This document shows positions 8,501 to 16,108 of a DNA stretch of 24,160 nt, piece after piece. The notes beneath the pieces were generated by a model. The model was given only the letters and a program-made list of their open reading frames with translations, did no database searches and was not told where the DNA came from. Position 1 is the stretch's first letter. The number at the start of each line of letters is the position of its first letter. Source of the DNA: a virus (Duplodnaviria > Caudoviricetes). The position numbers and the translations under genes were made by a program. The stretch spans positions 1 to 24,160 of IMG/VR virus record IMGVR_UViG_3300010160_001956. One strand, given 5' to 3'.

Positions 8501-11226
8501 ACTTCACCTGTTGCCGCGTCAGCAACCTCGTACGTGAATGGGTTGGCGTTCTCCGTCAGCTTCTCTGCAGCGTACACTGGACTTGGCAACGGATCGGTAC
8601 CCCAGTGTTCTGAAACGCTTCCGTAAACATTGTGGTACAAATCATTAGTCTTAGAGTTAATACCAGCCCAAGAGAATGCTGGCTCTGACGCGCTAATATT
8701 GTCAACAATGTTTGGCAGTTTGCTTAGTCCTTGGTGCGCTCCCTCAACAATACGTCTCCGCTTTGGGTCAATCCAGTTACCCTTGGTAAGTGCATCTTCC
8801 ACTTTCCCAAGGTAAACGCTTGCATCCAAATCATTTTCGCTGTGATTCCAAAGGTTCTTTTGGAACGCTGGGGCGTCCGCATATACGGAATCTGACCAAA
8901 GTTCTGGGCTGATTTCTCCCTCAAACTTTGGGGCATACTTTCCAAGATACTTGCCAAATAGTTCTTGATCCTGTGAGGTGCTAATAATACTTGCTGTTTC
9001 AAGATCTGCAACAACCCCACCGTAAAGAAGGTCATTGAGATCAACGGTCTTTGCGGCAACTTGGGCTGCGTACTTAAGCCCTTCTCCTGGGCCGTTCTGT
9101 AGCAGGTCTAGTTGGCTTTCAAGCCTCTGGCTAATGCGCGAAACGTACCCCTTATTGTTTCGGATTTCTTTAAGCATATCAAGTACTTCAGACGCTTTTT
9201 CTTTTGGTGACTCCTTGAGGAGTGTGCTAAAAATTGTCGTGCTGAACCTTGACCCCAACTCGGTGTAACTTGAGACAAGCGCCTCAGCGGTCTTGACCAT
9301 GCTTTCTGCGCTATCACTCTTGATGGCATCTCCAAGCATTGAGATGGCATCGTCAAGAGTCTTCATGGTAAAACGGTCGTCTCGGACAATGGTTAGCAAC
9401 TCAAAGTTCTTCACCTTCTTTAGTGGGGCAAGCAACTGCAGAGCTCGACCATGTGCTGACATCTTAATAATCTCAAGAACCCCTGCCAGTTGTTCAATGG
9501 CTTGCTGCTGGCCGCCCAGTGATCCGTAGGATTTTTGAGCGTCGGCAAACAGAATTGCCAATCCTTGGCTTACTTTTTCTGAATTGAGAACACTTTTCCC
9601 GTCAGATAGCGAGGCAATCAATCGTTGCTGTGCTTCCAAATACAATTCCCCGGAAGCGCCCAATCCTTTTGACAAATGCTCAGATACGTCGGCAAGCCGC
9701 TTGTTCTTGCTTACGTCAAGCACGGTCTTAACCCGCGCCCTAATTTCATTTCCAAAGTGACGAAGGAAAAGTTGCAGGCGGTTTTGGCTTTGAAGGAACT
9801 TTGAAGTTTCCTGACTCAACTGCTGCTGGTTGTACGCCAAGCGCAACTCGTCCATGGCAACGTCAAGAGCCTTCTCCTGCTCACCGTCCGGCAACTTCTT
9901 CCACTCGTCTGCAATCCCCACAAATCGCTGGTAGAACTCGTCTGAATATCCGCGGAAGCCCTGTAGTTGCTTAAGCCCGTCAACTCCTTCGTTGGCTGCG
10001 GTGACGATTACCTTCTTGGCAAACGCCTGTGCAGTTTCAGATGCAATTCGGCTTGTTGGCTCCTTGGCGGCAACGGTATATTGGTATCGAGCGTCCATTA
10101 CCAAGTTGTCTACAAACTGTACGCCAGCCTCAATGCCGGCTTCCTTTGCCATATTGTGAATCACAGCAAGGTTCTTTTCCCCAACCGTGTCGGCAATAGC
10201 ATTAAAATGCTGATGAGTAACAGTAGCGTACCCGCGAGAAATAACGTTTGCACCCATGTTGTACATCTTGCCAAGGATCTTCATGTTCTCGGCAATCTTA
10301 AGACGCGTGCCAGTAATGTCCTTCTGTGCCATTCGCACTGCAAACTGACCAGCATCATTAGACCAGCGGACGGCATCAGCTACACCTTGGATTGCCCTCC
10401 ACCCCTTTCCGGCAAGCCTAAACTCTTGGTTGGAAATTGGGTCTAGGATTGCAAGCAATAGTGCCTGATACATATCGTCAGTTAGAAGCGTCCCATTCTC
10501 TCGCATTGAAGAAAGAACTTCGTCATCAGACATTCCTTGGTCAATCATCTGCTTCACCCCAGACGAAAGATAAGACACATCATTTGGGTTAAGAGCGCCG
10601 ACATCAGGGAGCAAAGAAATCGGCCATGGGGCTTTTGCCCACTTCTCCTTGCCTGTCATTACCTGATTTAATGCGCTGTTAAGAGCCTCGTTTACCGGAG
10701 ACCCATAGTATCCTGGCGGTACCGCACCGTCGACAGCAGATGTCTTGCCGTCTCGATATTTTTGGATGCGCGTCTTAGTGACAGCATTCTCAAATGCAAA
10801 ATCTTGCATCTGAATAAAAGGCCAAGAAAGAAAACCAAGACCTGTAACTCCAACCTCAAGAACTTTGCCGCCTACAGCCCCAGTTATCCCTGCTGCAACT
10901 CTAGCAACATCTCCAACTACTGGAATATTCCCGATTGCTCCTGGGATTTCTGAGATGGTCTGAATTCCTTCGCCAAGCGTGCTATTCGCAATGCCCTGAG
11001 TGTCAACCCCAGTCAGTTCTCCTACCGACTTGATTAGTTGCTGGGCGTCAAACTTGGGAGCCTCTGGCAGCCCACGAACATCTCCAGTCGCAAGGTTGAC
11101 ACCGAACGTGCCAATATTGGCAGTGGAGTCAGTCGTCTTCTCTTGCTGGATAGTTGGGCTTCCGGATACCGGGAACTGTCCTGGTGCCTGGTTCTGATCC
11201 CAAGGGCTGTTCGGGTCAAATGACAT
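2512..11226 (-). CDS. Giant (2904 aa) putative internal virion/ejection polyvalent protein with ADP-ribosyltransferase and HipA/PI3-4K-like kinase domains
   Basis: Uninterrupted ORF with GAGGA SD. Gly-rich hydrophobic segment near the N-terminus, hydrophobic C-terminal block, ART motifs at aa ~2010-2200 and kinase motifs at aa ~2330-2510. Located within the head module. Confidence 0.85.
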   Translation of the reverse strand: MSFDPNSPWDQNQAPGQFPVSGSPTIQQEKTTDSTANIGTFGVNLATGDVRGLPEAPKFDAQQLIKSVGELTGVDTQGIANSTLGEGIQTISEIPGAIGNIPVVGDVARVAAGITGAVGGKVLEVGVTGLGFLSWPFIQMQDFAFENAVTKTRIQKYRDGKTSAVDGAVPPGYYGSPVNEALNSALNQVMTGKEKWAKAPWPISLLPDVGALNPNDVSYLSSGVKQMIDQGMSDDEVLSSMRENGTLLTDDMYQALLLAILDPISNQEFRLAGKGWRAIQGVADAVRWSNDAGQFAVRMAQKDITGTRLKIAENMKILGKMYNMGANVISRGYATVTHQHFNAIADTVGEKNLAVIHNMAKEAGIEAGVQFVDNLVMDARYQYTVAAKEPTSRIASETAQAFAKKVIVTAANEGVDGLKQLQGFRGYSDEFYQRFVGIADEWKKLPDGEQEKALDVAMDELRLAYNQQQLSQETSKFLQSQNRLQLFLRHFGNEIRARVKTVLDVSKNKRLADVSEHLSKGLGASGELYLEAQQRLIASLSDGKSVLNSEKVSQGLAILFADAQKSYGSLGGQQQAIEQLAGVLEIIKMSAHGRALQLLAPLKKVKNFELLTIVRDDRFTMKTLDDAISMLGDAIKSDSAESMVKTAEALVSSYTELGSRFSTTIFSTLLKESPKEKASEVLDMLKEIRNNKGYVSRISQRLESQLDLLQNGPGEGLKYAAQVAAKTVDLNDLLYGGVVADLETASIISTSQDQELFGKYLGKYAPKFEGEISPELWSDSVYADAPAFQKNLWNHSENDLDASVYLGKVEDALTKGNWIDPKRRRIVEGAHQGLSKLPNIVDNISASEPAFSWAGINSKTNDLYHNVYGSVSEHWGTDPLPSPVYAAEKLTENANPFTYEVADAATGEVRQVEIEGVGEWYSNWNEASVDWAGNSFARSAAIDMNGWRVSGEATPGLSVVVTGNEMDALTLLLRNRLMRLAQDNSSEVTEVTGAGAGIWRHPMVRFSMSKAKRLPSSTVFDLADDGRNYQQLHLVLDSPKLDVAGPFHGGLEAPVARSVMASQAEIAKLTPANAKKLLMDPEYLVGRYLSGDNFKDIWLDDVIFHYDKDGNLVRATQLLKSSGEPLSQNSGSLTFDQWIREYLERGIGGSNTPVWSLLGYENAEIAKKGYALPNMIENQWRVRAIKSFRRIMRDLKARDDNRFASGMYHSIADMFHSLDSLHFRPTRLTTIELDAVHAPRLSDYFADSGDADSWTMKVINKLDEAMNSGDPVATQMVADAFEGGPSASYIAELDGNWNDIIRDLEPAALNNLINRYGKIVLEKSSANSFANQLGEYKTTFSGNKLFHHTAEHLGATADARLIRGLDSFYADPGVIMPVGAPQDFATGPIGKGIAEKVDLKEWDNLASFGDEPNQFTISNPAEFLTSGREATSLAKATGGGLHGVVYRVYDPNGSLENAARVIDIRSIKGTPNYPSGNYVFGALEGRNIRGIKHAQDYTMPGTATAKAAMDAQKLQEEYNKLKEDKNLQKLADVRQTLKENGYVIGNEPEEGFLRTHGIVYDVAGNPVTRPTLQLYTKIDKLLPAESLGLNKPELIKQANSAKAKLIKMLTPVGNNELYDRAVQRLRVGLGGAISEQEAYRAMALMVKEGVEQEISIGGLTKTQIDSILTRAFGGGEKGLKTFRRIFGPGEGGESARKVVLFAISGDLSKIGATTKFSRTIQANYPTLASIANKLYPLARYRYNPYFNAQEIVEPYALTLLRGIRGSALRRDASDLASILTTPGSFRYDSHELGSHILRYNSSVLDEITKANPLVADAVQSRVSAVLGDAISYLAPVGEKARKRTADIKVAATDWTTYNEVLRASGRQLMREMPDVANAAMEVLGTTDPAKIFRHLIDSGVNGTIAENILRIADVNGAPYTFGTAFDFGPMDKVVTILSKADIQVDDLEQLEDAHIIVSKTGATTKTQKEVAEALDEVISSVRSVKTNVPTSVSGDFEGTPSLTTALASDVEKKALRRWSTGDYGKISRYFAAKAETPIISGIQPARTRDEASMIAEARNMGLYDESATGDDRFKKMEEFVANFDSALNKNTVITTSPVYRGADFVDLFAPGYIPKAGDEFRMLNAPAFSRSRSRAFTGSVKLRIENPIGMKGLDLNAAEGLSVHQMETEVMMPRGQMWRIVSSAKRSNGDWEIVIDTVAPRTFTKVSGGSSLNVSYEAQGRLVRAVNSLRIEEEGRYQFARTFYRLMETNPILKEYLKKRGIELGVNFDEVKRSSIVKRRSFAFAASGDVLPVQPERARVAQTVAKTDNAAVVTDSGLALIKKIEKSDEIKLRPGMNTAGKSGLWEGVGGIIRWVKRPDIGSDLAKTPLQQNLHVLNEYMVSEIYRRAGVKVPQTSIIPDVDGLYIGSEWLKDTKRLSEDMKDINVGNAQGFLDNILYDLWLANFDVTNRDMSNVLVDAAGELVRVDFGSSGLYRAGGGLRKDKSGGGDLVELVDFARWPLGKMPGKAEYGVYNMLRIAEADMMSTTKTMLNMNRFLSMADELIQFARSTHEGGLEGMIRSISDDMWSGIEASGHVSRGEFDEFVQKNVDLFETRLAQIEEATSLKRAEISAKIKMYEEEQALKRADQVLGEVRTRETLTSSIERDPVVEELSNKLAFMQANGKQIPLLNEILVKVEKGELITAREIDALGTGMAQSLYQPAQMQVMMNWAKLAWAEGASVASREQFYSMYKSPVERTLNHPYLGVYPISYMWGKILPAFFNAMFKYAPFEGGFAPFLGAFQTNKISDYIAASLEDSPQLQQYVASRPPLLFFLNGLLPGFPTDVSVSLPYWFRNGIMRPIAKNDFEQIPGALTSSVFETAKRSQGWAAGPELAVKAISDIQNFLTGSPTTSVLDNIGDFLSPE
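3700..4235 (-). other. Atypical kinase domain (HipA/CtkA/PI3-PI4-kinase-like) inside the giant ORF
   Basis: AGKSGLW (Gly loop) ... WVK (K2356) ... NEYMVSEIYRRAGVKVP (E2378) ... YIGSEWL ... YDLWLANFDVTNRDMSNVLV (D2446, N2454) ... RVDFGSSGLYRAGG (D2467). Confidence 0.8.
4630..5200 (-). other. ADP-ribosyltransferase domain (Vip2/C2/T4 Alt-like, R-S-ExE class) inside the giant ORF
   Basis: EKKALRRWSTGDYGKISRYF ... FDSALNK ... PVYRG (R2100) ... GDEF ... PAFSRS (degenerate S-T-S) ... KLRI ... GMKGLDL ... METEVMMPRG (E2167/E2169). Confidence 0.85.
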
Positions 11227-11240
11227 TTATTCCTCTATCC

Positions 11241-13655
11241 TTACTTTGCGATCATACTGGCGGGTGATCTTCCACCAATAGTGGTTGACTTAAAGAGAGA
11301 TGACGTGTTTGTACTTGCTGCAATAGGGGTGTTCCTAAATGTATAATTAAGGAAACCTTCCCCAGTAAACGCTGGGGTAGTTGTAGCCATGTCTCTTTCT
11401 CCAGCCCTAAACGTGTTGAAGGCGGCTTCGGAAGATGGCGTAGCAAATTGGCTTGGCATTGATCCCGGCTTACTTGCCCCTGGACCGCCATTAAAGTTAG
11501 GAGTTCCTGGAACTTTTCCTGATCCATCGCCCGCTGGATTCGCCGGGGTTGAAGTTGGGAACAGGGCATCAAATTGAGACTCCCATTCTGTTCCAACAAT
11601 AGACGTTCTTGCGGTGTTGATAATGGAGTCCCTAATTTGGTCGTACCTATCCGGCGTAATTCCGTCTCCTTTAAGAGCGTCAAGTCGAGTCCTAATGGAG
11701 CCAAACAACTTGTCTGCGTCTTCGCTAGTACCAAGACCACGTTCTGCCCCATCGGAAACCTGTCCGCTTGGAACAATAAACACTGAACTGGACTGCCCAG
11801 CCGGAGAGTTATATGGAGTTGTAATGTTGATTCGCGGAACATACGCCGCCCTAAAGTCATTCGCGGTTGATAACTCCCCAGTAAACGGATTATAATTCTG
11901 CTTGTAAGAAACTCCGTTGACAATAACCCTAAAGTTTCCATTGCCTAGATCGTAAAAGAATCCAATGTCCTCATTTGGAGTTCCGGCTTGAGCGCCAGGG
12001 GCTTGGATAATTGATCCGCCAACCGCAGCCATAATGTATTTGCCGTTGACGTTAATCATTGTTGTTAGACCAGAAGCCTCACCAGCCGCAGGATTTACTG
12101 CTGGCCCAAGGTGCCACTTACCGTCTAGCCCCATAACTGCTGATTGGACAAAACCGCGACCAAGGTCTTGCACGATTGCTGAATCATTTGCTACGCTACC
12201 GATGATATCAGTAAACGCAGTCTGCTGCTTTCCTGTCATAGCCTCATATTGGGATGAGTACGGATTGGCAAGATCCCAAGAACTAAATCCATCTGAAACG
12301 TCTGGAATCTTGCCGGCTCTTGCGTCAATAATATCCTGAAGGGTTTGTCGGTGTACCGACAACTCAAGCGGGTCAAGACCGGCTCCACCCTTGTTAATAA
12401 GATTAGTAAGGTCTACAATCATTTTGTCAACTAGCGCGGTATTGGCTTTTGCATCTCCGCTAGTCTGTGAAGCTTTGTCCATGAAGGAGCCAAACAGCAT
12501 TCCTACATCGTCAACCAAAGTGTTGATACCGTATCCCTTCTGGACAAGGGAAAGATTTTGGAAAGTTGTTGTGTCTCCAGCAAGTTTGGCAGTTTCCTTA
12601 AGCGAGTTTTGCCCGGTAAACAATATATTTATGAGCTTATCTCGGTCAATAAAATCTGGAGAAACTCGCGCCGCAACTGGGGCCATAGAATAGAACCTTG
12701 ACACATCAATCTGGTTTGCAGCAAATTGTTCAATGCTGCCATAGGACGATCCAAGAACGGTGTTGACAACGTTTAGGAAATCCCCAGTTTCGCTTCGGAT
12801 TTTAGCCAAATTAGTCTGCGCAGCTTCTTGGGCGGCATACTTATTTGCCTTTGTAAGTTCTGCTTGAGCGTTACCAATAGCAGCCTGCACTGCGCGTGCG
12901 GTAGCAGTTCCGTTGATAACATCTCCACTACCGTTTGCAACTCCAAGACCAGACTCTACCGACTTGGCTCGTACCCCCTTAAGCCATGCAATGTACTTCC
13001 TAGTCTCTGCCGCATAGGCTCCTGCGCCTTTCCCGTTTGCGGTTGCAAGCTTTGTGTCCCATCGACCCTTCTCGGCAACATACTCTGCATTGAAAAGAGC
13101 CTCTTTAATATTTTGTCTAGAGGCATTATCCTCGGTAAACGCAGCAATAATCTGGCGTGCCTGAGAAGTAAATTCATCTTTGCTAATAAGGTTGTTACCC
13201 AAAGCATTGCCAAGAGCCTTGGCAAGTTGAATGTTGGCATCGTAAAGCTTGTTCTTCGCCTCGTCGGCGCTAAACGGACTTCCGGCTGAGGTAACCGCCC
13301 CTTTAAGGAAATCAATGTAACTCTTTACCGCAGAAATATCTCCTGGGTTCTCATTGATTTTGGTAACAAGGAGATTGTTTTGTCGAGTTGCCTCTTCCTT
13401 CATTACCTTTGCAATCTCAAGATCAATCTGATCCTTCTCGTATTGTGTAATCCATCCGTTTCCCTTATATTCGTTAAGGAACGCAAGGACATCGCTAGAC
13501 GATGGAACTCCGCCACCACGATAGTCTGAGTTATAGAAATATGCGTTAGACATTGCGGTAGCCTGACGGTTAAACTGTGTGCGCATCAAGTCGTAGACCA
13601 ACTGGGAGATGTTTGAGCCGCCAGTCTGCTTTGCAAACCTACCTCGTCGTGCCAT
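11241..13655 (-). CDS. 804-aa hypothetical protein, probable internal virion/ejection protein
   Basis: Start overlaps the portal stop (TAATG) with a GGAGG SD. Ala-rich helical N-terminal half, Gly/Pro/Ser/Thr-rich C-terminus. Lies directly before the giant gene; no catalytic motif recognised. Confidence 0.6.
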   Translation of the reverse strand: MARRGRFAKQTGGSNISQLVYDLMRTQFNRQATAMSNAYFYNSDYRGGGVPSSSDVLAFLNEYKGNGWITQYEKDQIDLEIAKVMKEEATRQNNLLVTKINENPGDISAVKSYIDFLKGAVTSAGSPFSADEAKNKLYDANIQLAKALGNALGNNLISKDEFTSQARQIIAAFTEDNASRQNIKEALFNAEYVAEKGRWDTKLATANGKGAGAYAAETRKYIAWLKGVRAKSVESGLGVANGSGDVINGTATARAVQAAIGNAQAELTKANKYAAQEAAQTNLAKIRSETGDFLNVVNTVLGSSYGSIEQFAANQIDVSRFYSMAPVAARVSPDFIDRDKLINILFTGQNSLKETAKLAGDTTTFQNLSLVQKGYGINTLVDDVGMLFGSFMDKASQTSGDAKANTALVDKMIVDLTNLINKGGAGLDPLELSVHRQTLQDIIDARAGKIPDVSDGFSSWDLANPYSSQYEAMTGKQQTAFTDIIGSVANDSAIVQDLGRGFVQSAVMGLDGKWHLGPAVNPAAGEASGLTTMINVNGKYIMAAVGGSIIQAPGAQAGTPNEDIGFFYDLGNGNFRVIVNGVSYKQNYNPFTGELSTANDFRAAYVPRINITTPYNSPAGQSSSVFIVPSGQVSDGAERGLGTSEDADKLFGSIRTRLDALKGDGITPDRYDQIRDSIINTARTSIVGTEWESQFDALFPTSTPANPAGDGSGKVPGTPNFNGGPGASKPGSMPSQFATPSSEAAFNTFRAGERDMATTTPAFTGEGFLNYTFRNTPIAASTNTSSLFKSTTIGGRSPASMIAK

Positions 13656-16108
13656 TACTGATTACCCTCCTGTGGGGCTGGTTGCGGTTCAGCCATTGCA
13701 ACACCCGGTTGTGGGGCGTTAGCAGGAAGTTGTTCCGCCGGTTGGTTAGGGCGCTGTTCCGGAGAAGCCTGCGCCGACGTAGTCCCAGACTGTGGGTTTT
13801 GTTGTCGTGATGCGTTTGCGCTTTGATCCATTCCTTGTTGACCTGGCGGTTGCTGCCCTGGCATTGCAACTCCAAGTTGGCGGAATACGGCCACAAGGTT
13901 GCCCATCGTGAGTACCGCCGAAGGATTGAGCGTGGCGTCTGTCTGCTCCTCGCGGATGACATCCTTCTCGCCCTCTGGGTCTTCTACGCCCACGCGATCC
14001 ATAGCGCGCTCTGAACTCCAGATGCGGTTCTGGACAAGGTTGATTGCCGTTTGGGCAAGTTCCAGCGTGTCTCGTGGAGTAAGCTCAGGTGGAACGATAT
14101 CAATACGGTATTCGTTGCCAAAGATGAACTCGACATCGGTGTCCTTGAATGACCAAAGACGTCCGGTGAGTTCCCATACCTGTTTAATCCAAGAGTAAAG
14201 CAACTTGCGTTTTGGCGAAAGTCGTGCTTCATAGTTGGCTACAAGGGAGGCAATAGCCCTGCTTGAGCCAAGAACGCTTGTAGGTGCAAGCCCAAGAAGG
14301 AGATCATTCAAGCCGGTAACAACCGCAATTTCACGGTCAATACGCTTGTTGAAATCTTCTACTTGGAACTCTGGAATAAATGGTGCAATGGTGCGGATTT
14401 CGTTTCCCGGACCAGGCGTTGCAATGCGGTTGGGCTTAGGGATTGCGTTTGGCGGAACCTCGTCTGGGGCTTCCGCTCCTACTAACTGCCACATTTGCCC
14501 CATCACGGTTGATGCAATCATCTGCGCCTGCGCGCTCATGCGTTCGTCCTTCTCTCGGAGCAGAGGCTCAACGTCGTAAAGCTCAGGCTTGCCGTATGGG
14601 CTGCCTGGGATTTTGGAGTTAATGAGTGGGAGGTACGGAATAATTCCGGCGTATTCTGGGTGGGCTTCATTCTTTACCATTGTGTTCCCAACAAAGATTG
14701 CATTAAACACCATTGGAGGAATGCCAACGGCTACTGGAATCTTGTACCAGTAATCGTAAACCTCAACCTGCTGCAATTCGTACTGCGAGCGGTTGCGCTG
14801 GGGATTCTTCTCAAGGTTGTTTCGGTATACCGAAGCAAGTGGGTCGTCGTGGGTTGACGATGACGTGTAAACAAATGTCGGGTTTGACCCGTTAGGAACT
14901 GGGATTGAGTCAACGCCAAACTCTTCCTTGGCGGCCTGCGGAGACAGCCCGTAGACATAAAGCGCCCAGTCAATACGCCGGTAGTCGGATGACCCAAAGC
15001 CAAGGTAAAGATTTTCTGGGGCTTCTACGATGCTAACCTTTGGAAGTAGCGATACTGGATCCCAATAGATCTTGGCTGCGGTATGTCCGTAGAGCGCCTT
15101 GATAGTACAGGCGTCTTCAAGCAGCAGATCAAAATCGTTCTCCTCCCACCATCGGAAGAACAGTCGCTCTCGCTCTGATGCGAGCATGCGGGCTTCCTTG
15201 TCGGTTCCTGCTGGAACGTAATTAATAACTGGTCGCACAGCCTGCAGTGAGGCTGGGATGTTTACATACGCCGGATGTACGTTGACGCTAATGTGTGATC
15301 TGCCCGCAAGCCGTGAGCTTGGGTCTTCTGGCCAGTGGTCTGCCCCACCTGTCGTAAACGTTGTAGGGTGGTAAAGGTTGTCAAAGCGTCGGAAGAGCGA
15401 GCGTAGCCGGGACTGCTCTGCCTCAAGTTGCGTTCTACGAGAAAGCATTTCCCGGAAACGCGTAAACTCCTCTGACTGCTGCGGATCAACACCGAGCAAG
15501 GCGTTCTTTGTCGTAAGCATCTTGAGCGAGGTCTTGTAGGATTCAGGTAGGTCGTCAGGGATAAAGCCAATGCCGGTATCGGACGACTTAGCCGAAGGAA
15601 GTGGCTTGCCGCCAATAAGAGGGATTTCCATTCCTGCAGTTTCTGCAGTAAGGTTCTTAAATGATACTCCGGTCTTAATCGTTCCAGCGCCACGGGCGTT
15701 GCGTCGTCGAGTGCGGCGGTAGCCGGATTGAACTAACTCCCCAATTGGGACGGCTCCCGGCGTAAGCGCGCTATTTGGATCCGCAGGATAAACTGGCTGC
15801 TCCCCACCAGAAATGTTGATGCCAATTGGTGAGGTGGCAATTTGCCCGCCGCCAAGCGGAGCATTTGGAATCCCAGCGATCCCTCCCTGAGCACCGCGAG
15901 ATACAGACATCTTTGGCTTTGGAATCTTTGTAACTTCCGTAAGCGGCATAGTGATCTGCGCACCACGGGAAAGCAGGCGAGCCTTGTCAATAGAATCCCC
16001 GACTGCCTTTACCTGCGCCGGCGTAGCAATATCTTGGTCAGTTGTGTATTGGGCGGGTACGCCACGGCCGTCAATGTATGTCGCTGGAATCTTACGAACT
16101 TTAGCCAT
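13655..16108 (-). CDS. Portal protein (P22/podovirus-like) with ~200-aa N-terminal extension and Q/P-rich tail
   Basis: 817 aa directly after terL. Contains ALYGHTAAKIYWD, VEVYDYWY, IPGSPYGKPELYD, VTGLNDLLLG, SSRAIASL and SSERAMDRVGVEDPEGE, as in podoviral portals. Confidence 0.85.
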   Translation of the reverse strand: MAKVRKIPATYIDGRGVPAQYTTDQDIATPAQVKAVGDSIDKARLLSRGAQITMPLTEVTKIPKPKMSVSRGAQGGIAGIPNAPLGGGQIATSPIGINISGGEQPVYPADPNSALTPGAVPIGELVQSGYRRTRRRNARGAGTIKTGVSFKNLTAETAGMEIPLIGGKPLPSAKSSDTGIGFIPDDLPESYKTSLKMLTTKNALLGVDPQQSEEFTRFREMLSRRTQLEAEQSRLRSLFRRFDNLYHPTTFTTGGADHWPEDPSSRLAGRSHISVNVHPAYVNIPASLQAVRPVINYVPAGTDKEARMLASERERLFFRWWEENDFDLLLEDACTIKALYGHTAAKIYWDPVSLLPKVSIVEAPENLYLGFGSSDYRRIDWALYVYGLSPQAAKEEFGVDSIPVPNGSNPTFVYTSSSTHDDPLASVYRNNLEKNPQRNRSQYELQQVEVYDYWYKIPVAVGIPPMVFNAIFVGNTMVKNEAHPEYAGIIPYLPLINSKIPGSPYGKPELYDVEPLLREKDERMSAQAQMIASTVMGQMWQLVGAEAPDEVPPNAIPKPNRIATPGPGNEIRTIAPFIPEFQVEDFNKRIDREIAVVTGLNDLLLGLAPTSVLGSSRAIASLVANYEARLSPKRKLLYSWIKQVWELTGRLWSFKDTDVEFIFGNEYRIDIVPPELTPRDTLELAQTAINLVQNRIWSSERAMDRVGVEDPEGEKDVIREEQTDATLNPSAVLTMGNLVAVFRQLGVAMPGQQPPGQQGMDQSANASRQQNPQSGTTSAQASPEQRPNQPAEQLPANAPQPGVAMAEPQPAPQEGNQ

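Noticed and set aside
2512-11226. Giant ORF as an N4- or crAss-type virion RNA polymerase (large size, N4-type capsid nearby)
   Set aside because: I found no DFDxD/NADFDGD motif and no convincing T7-type polymerase motif set; the recognisable motifs are ART and kinase. A highly diverged polymerase cannot be fully excluded without structure prediction.
11252-11941. 229-aa alternative-frame ORF within the 804-aa gene
   Set aside because: It has the Leu/Gln/Arg-rich composition typical of an off-frame reading, and no SD or motif.
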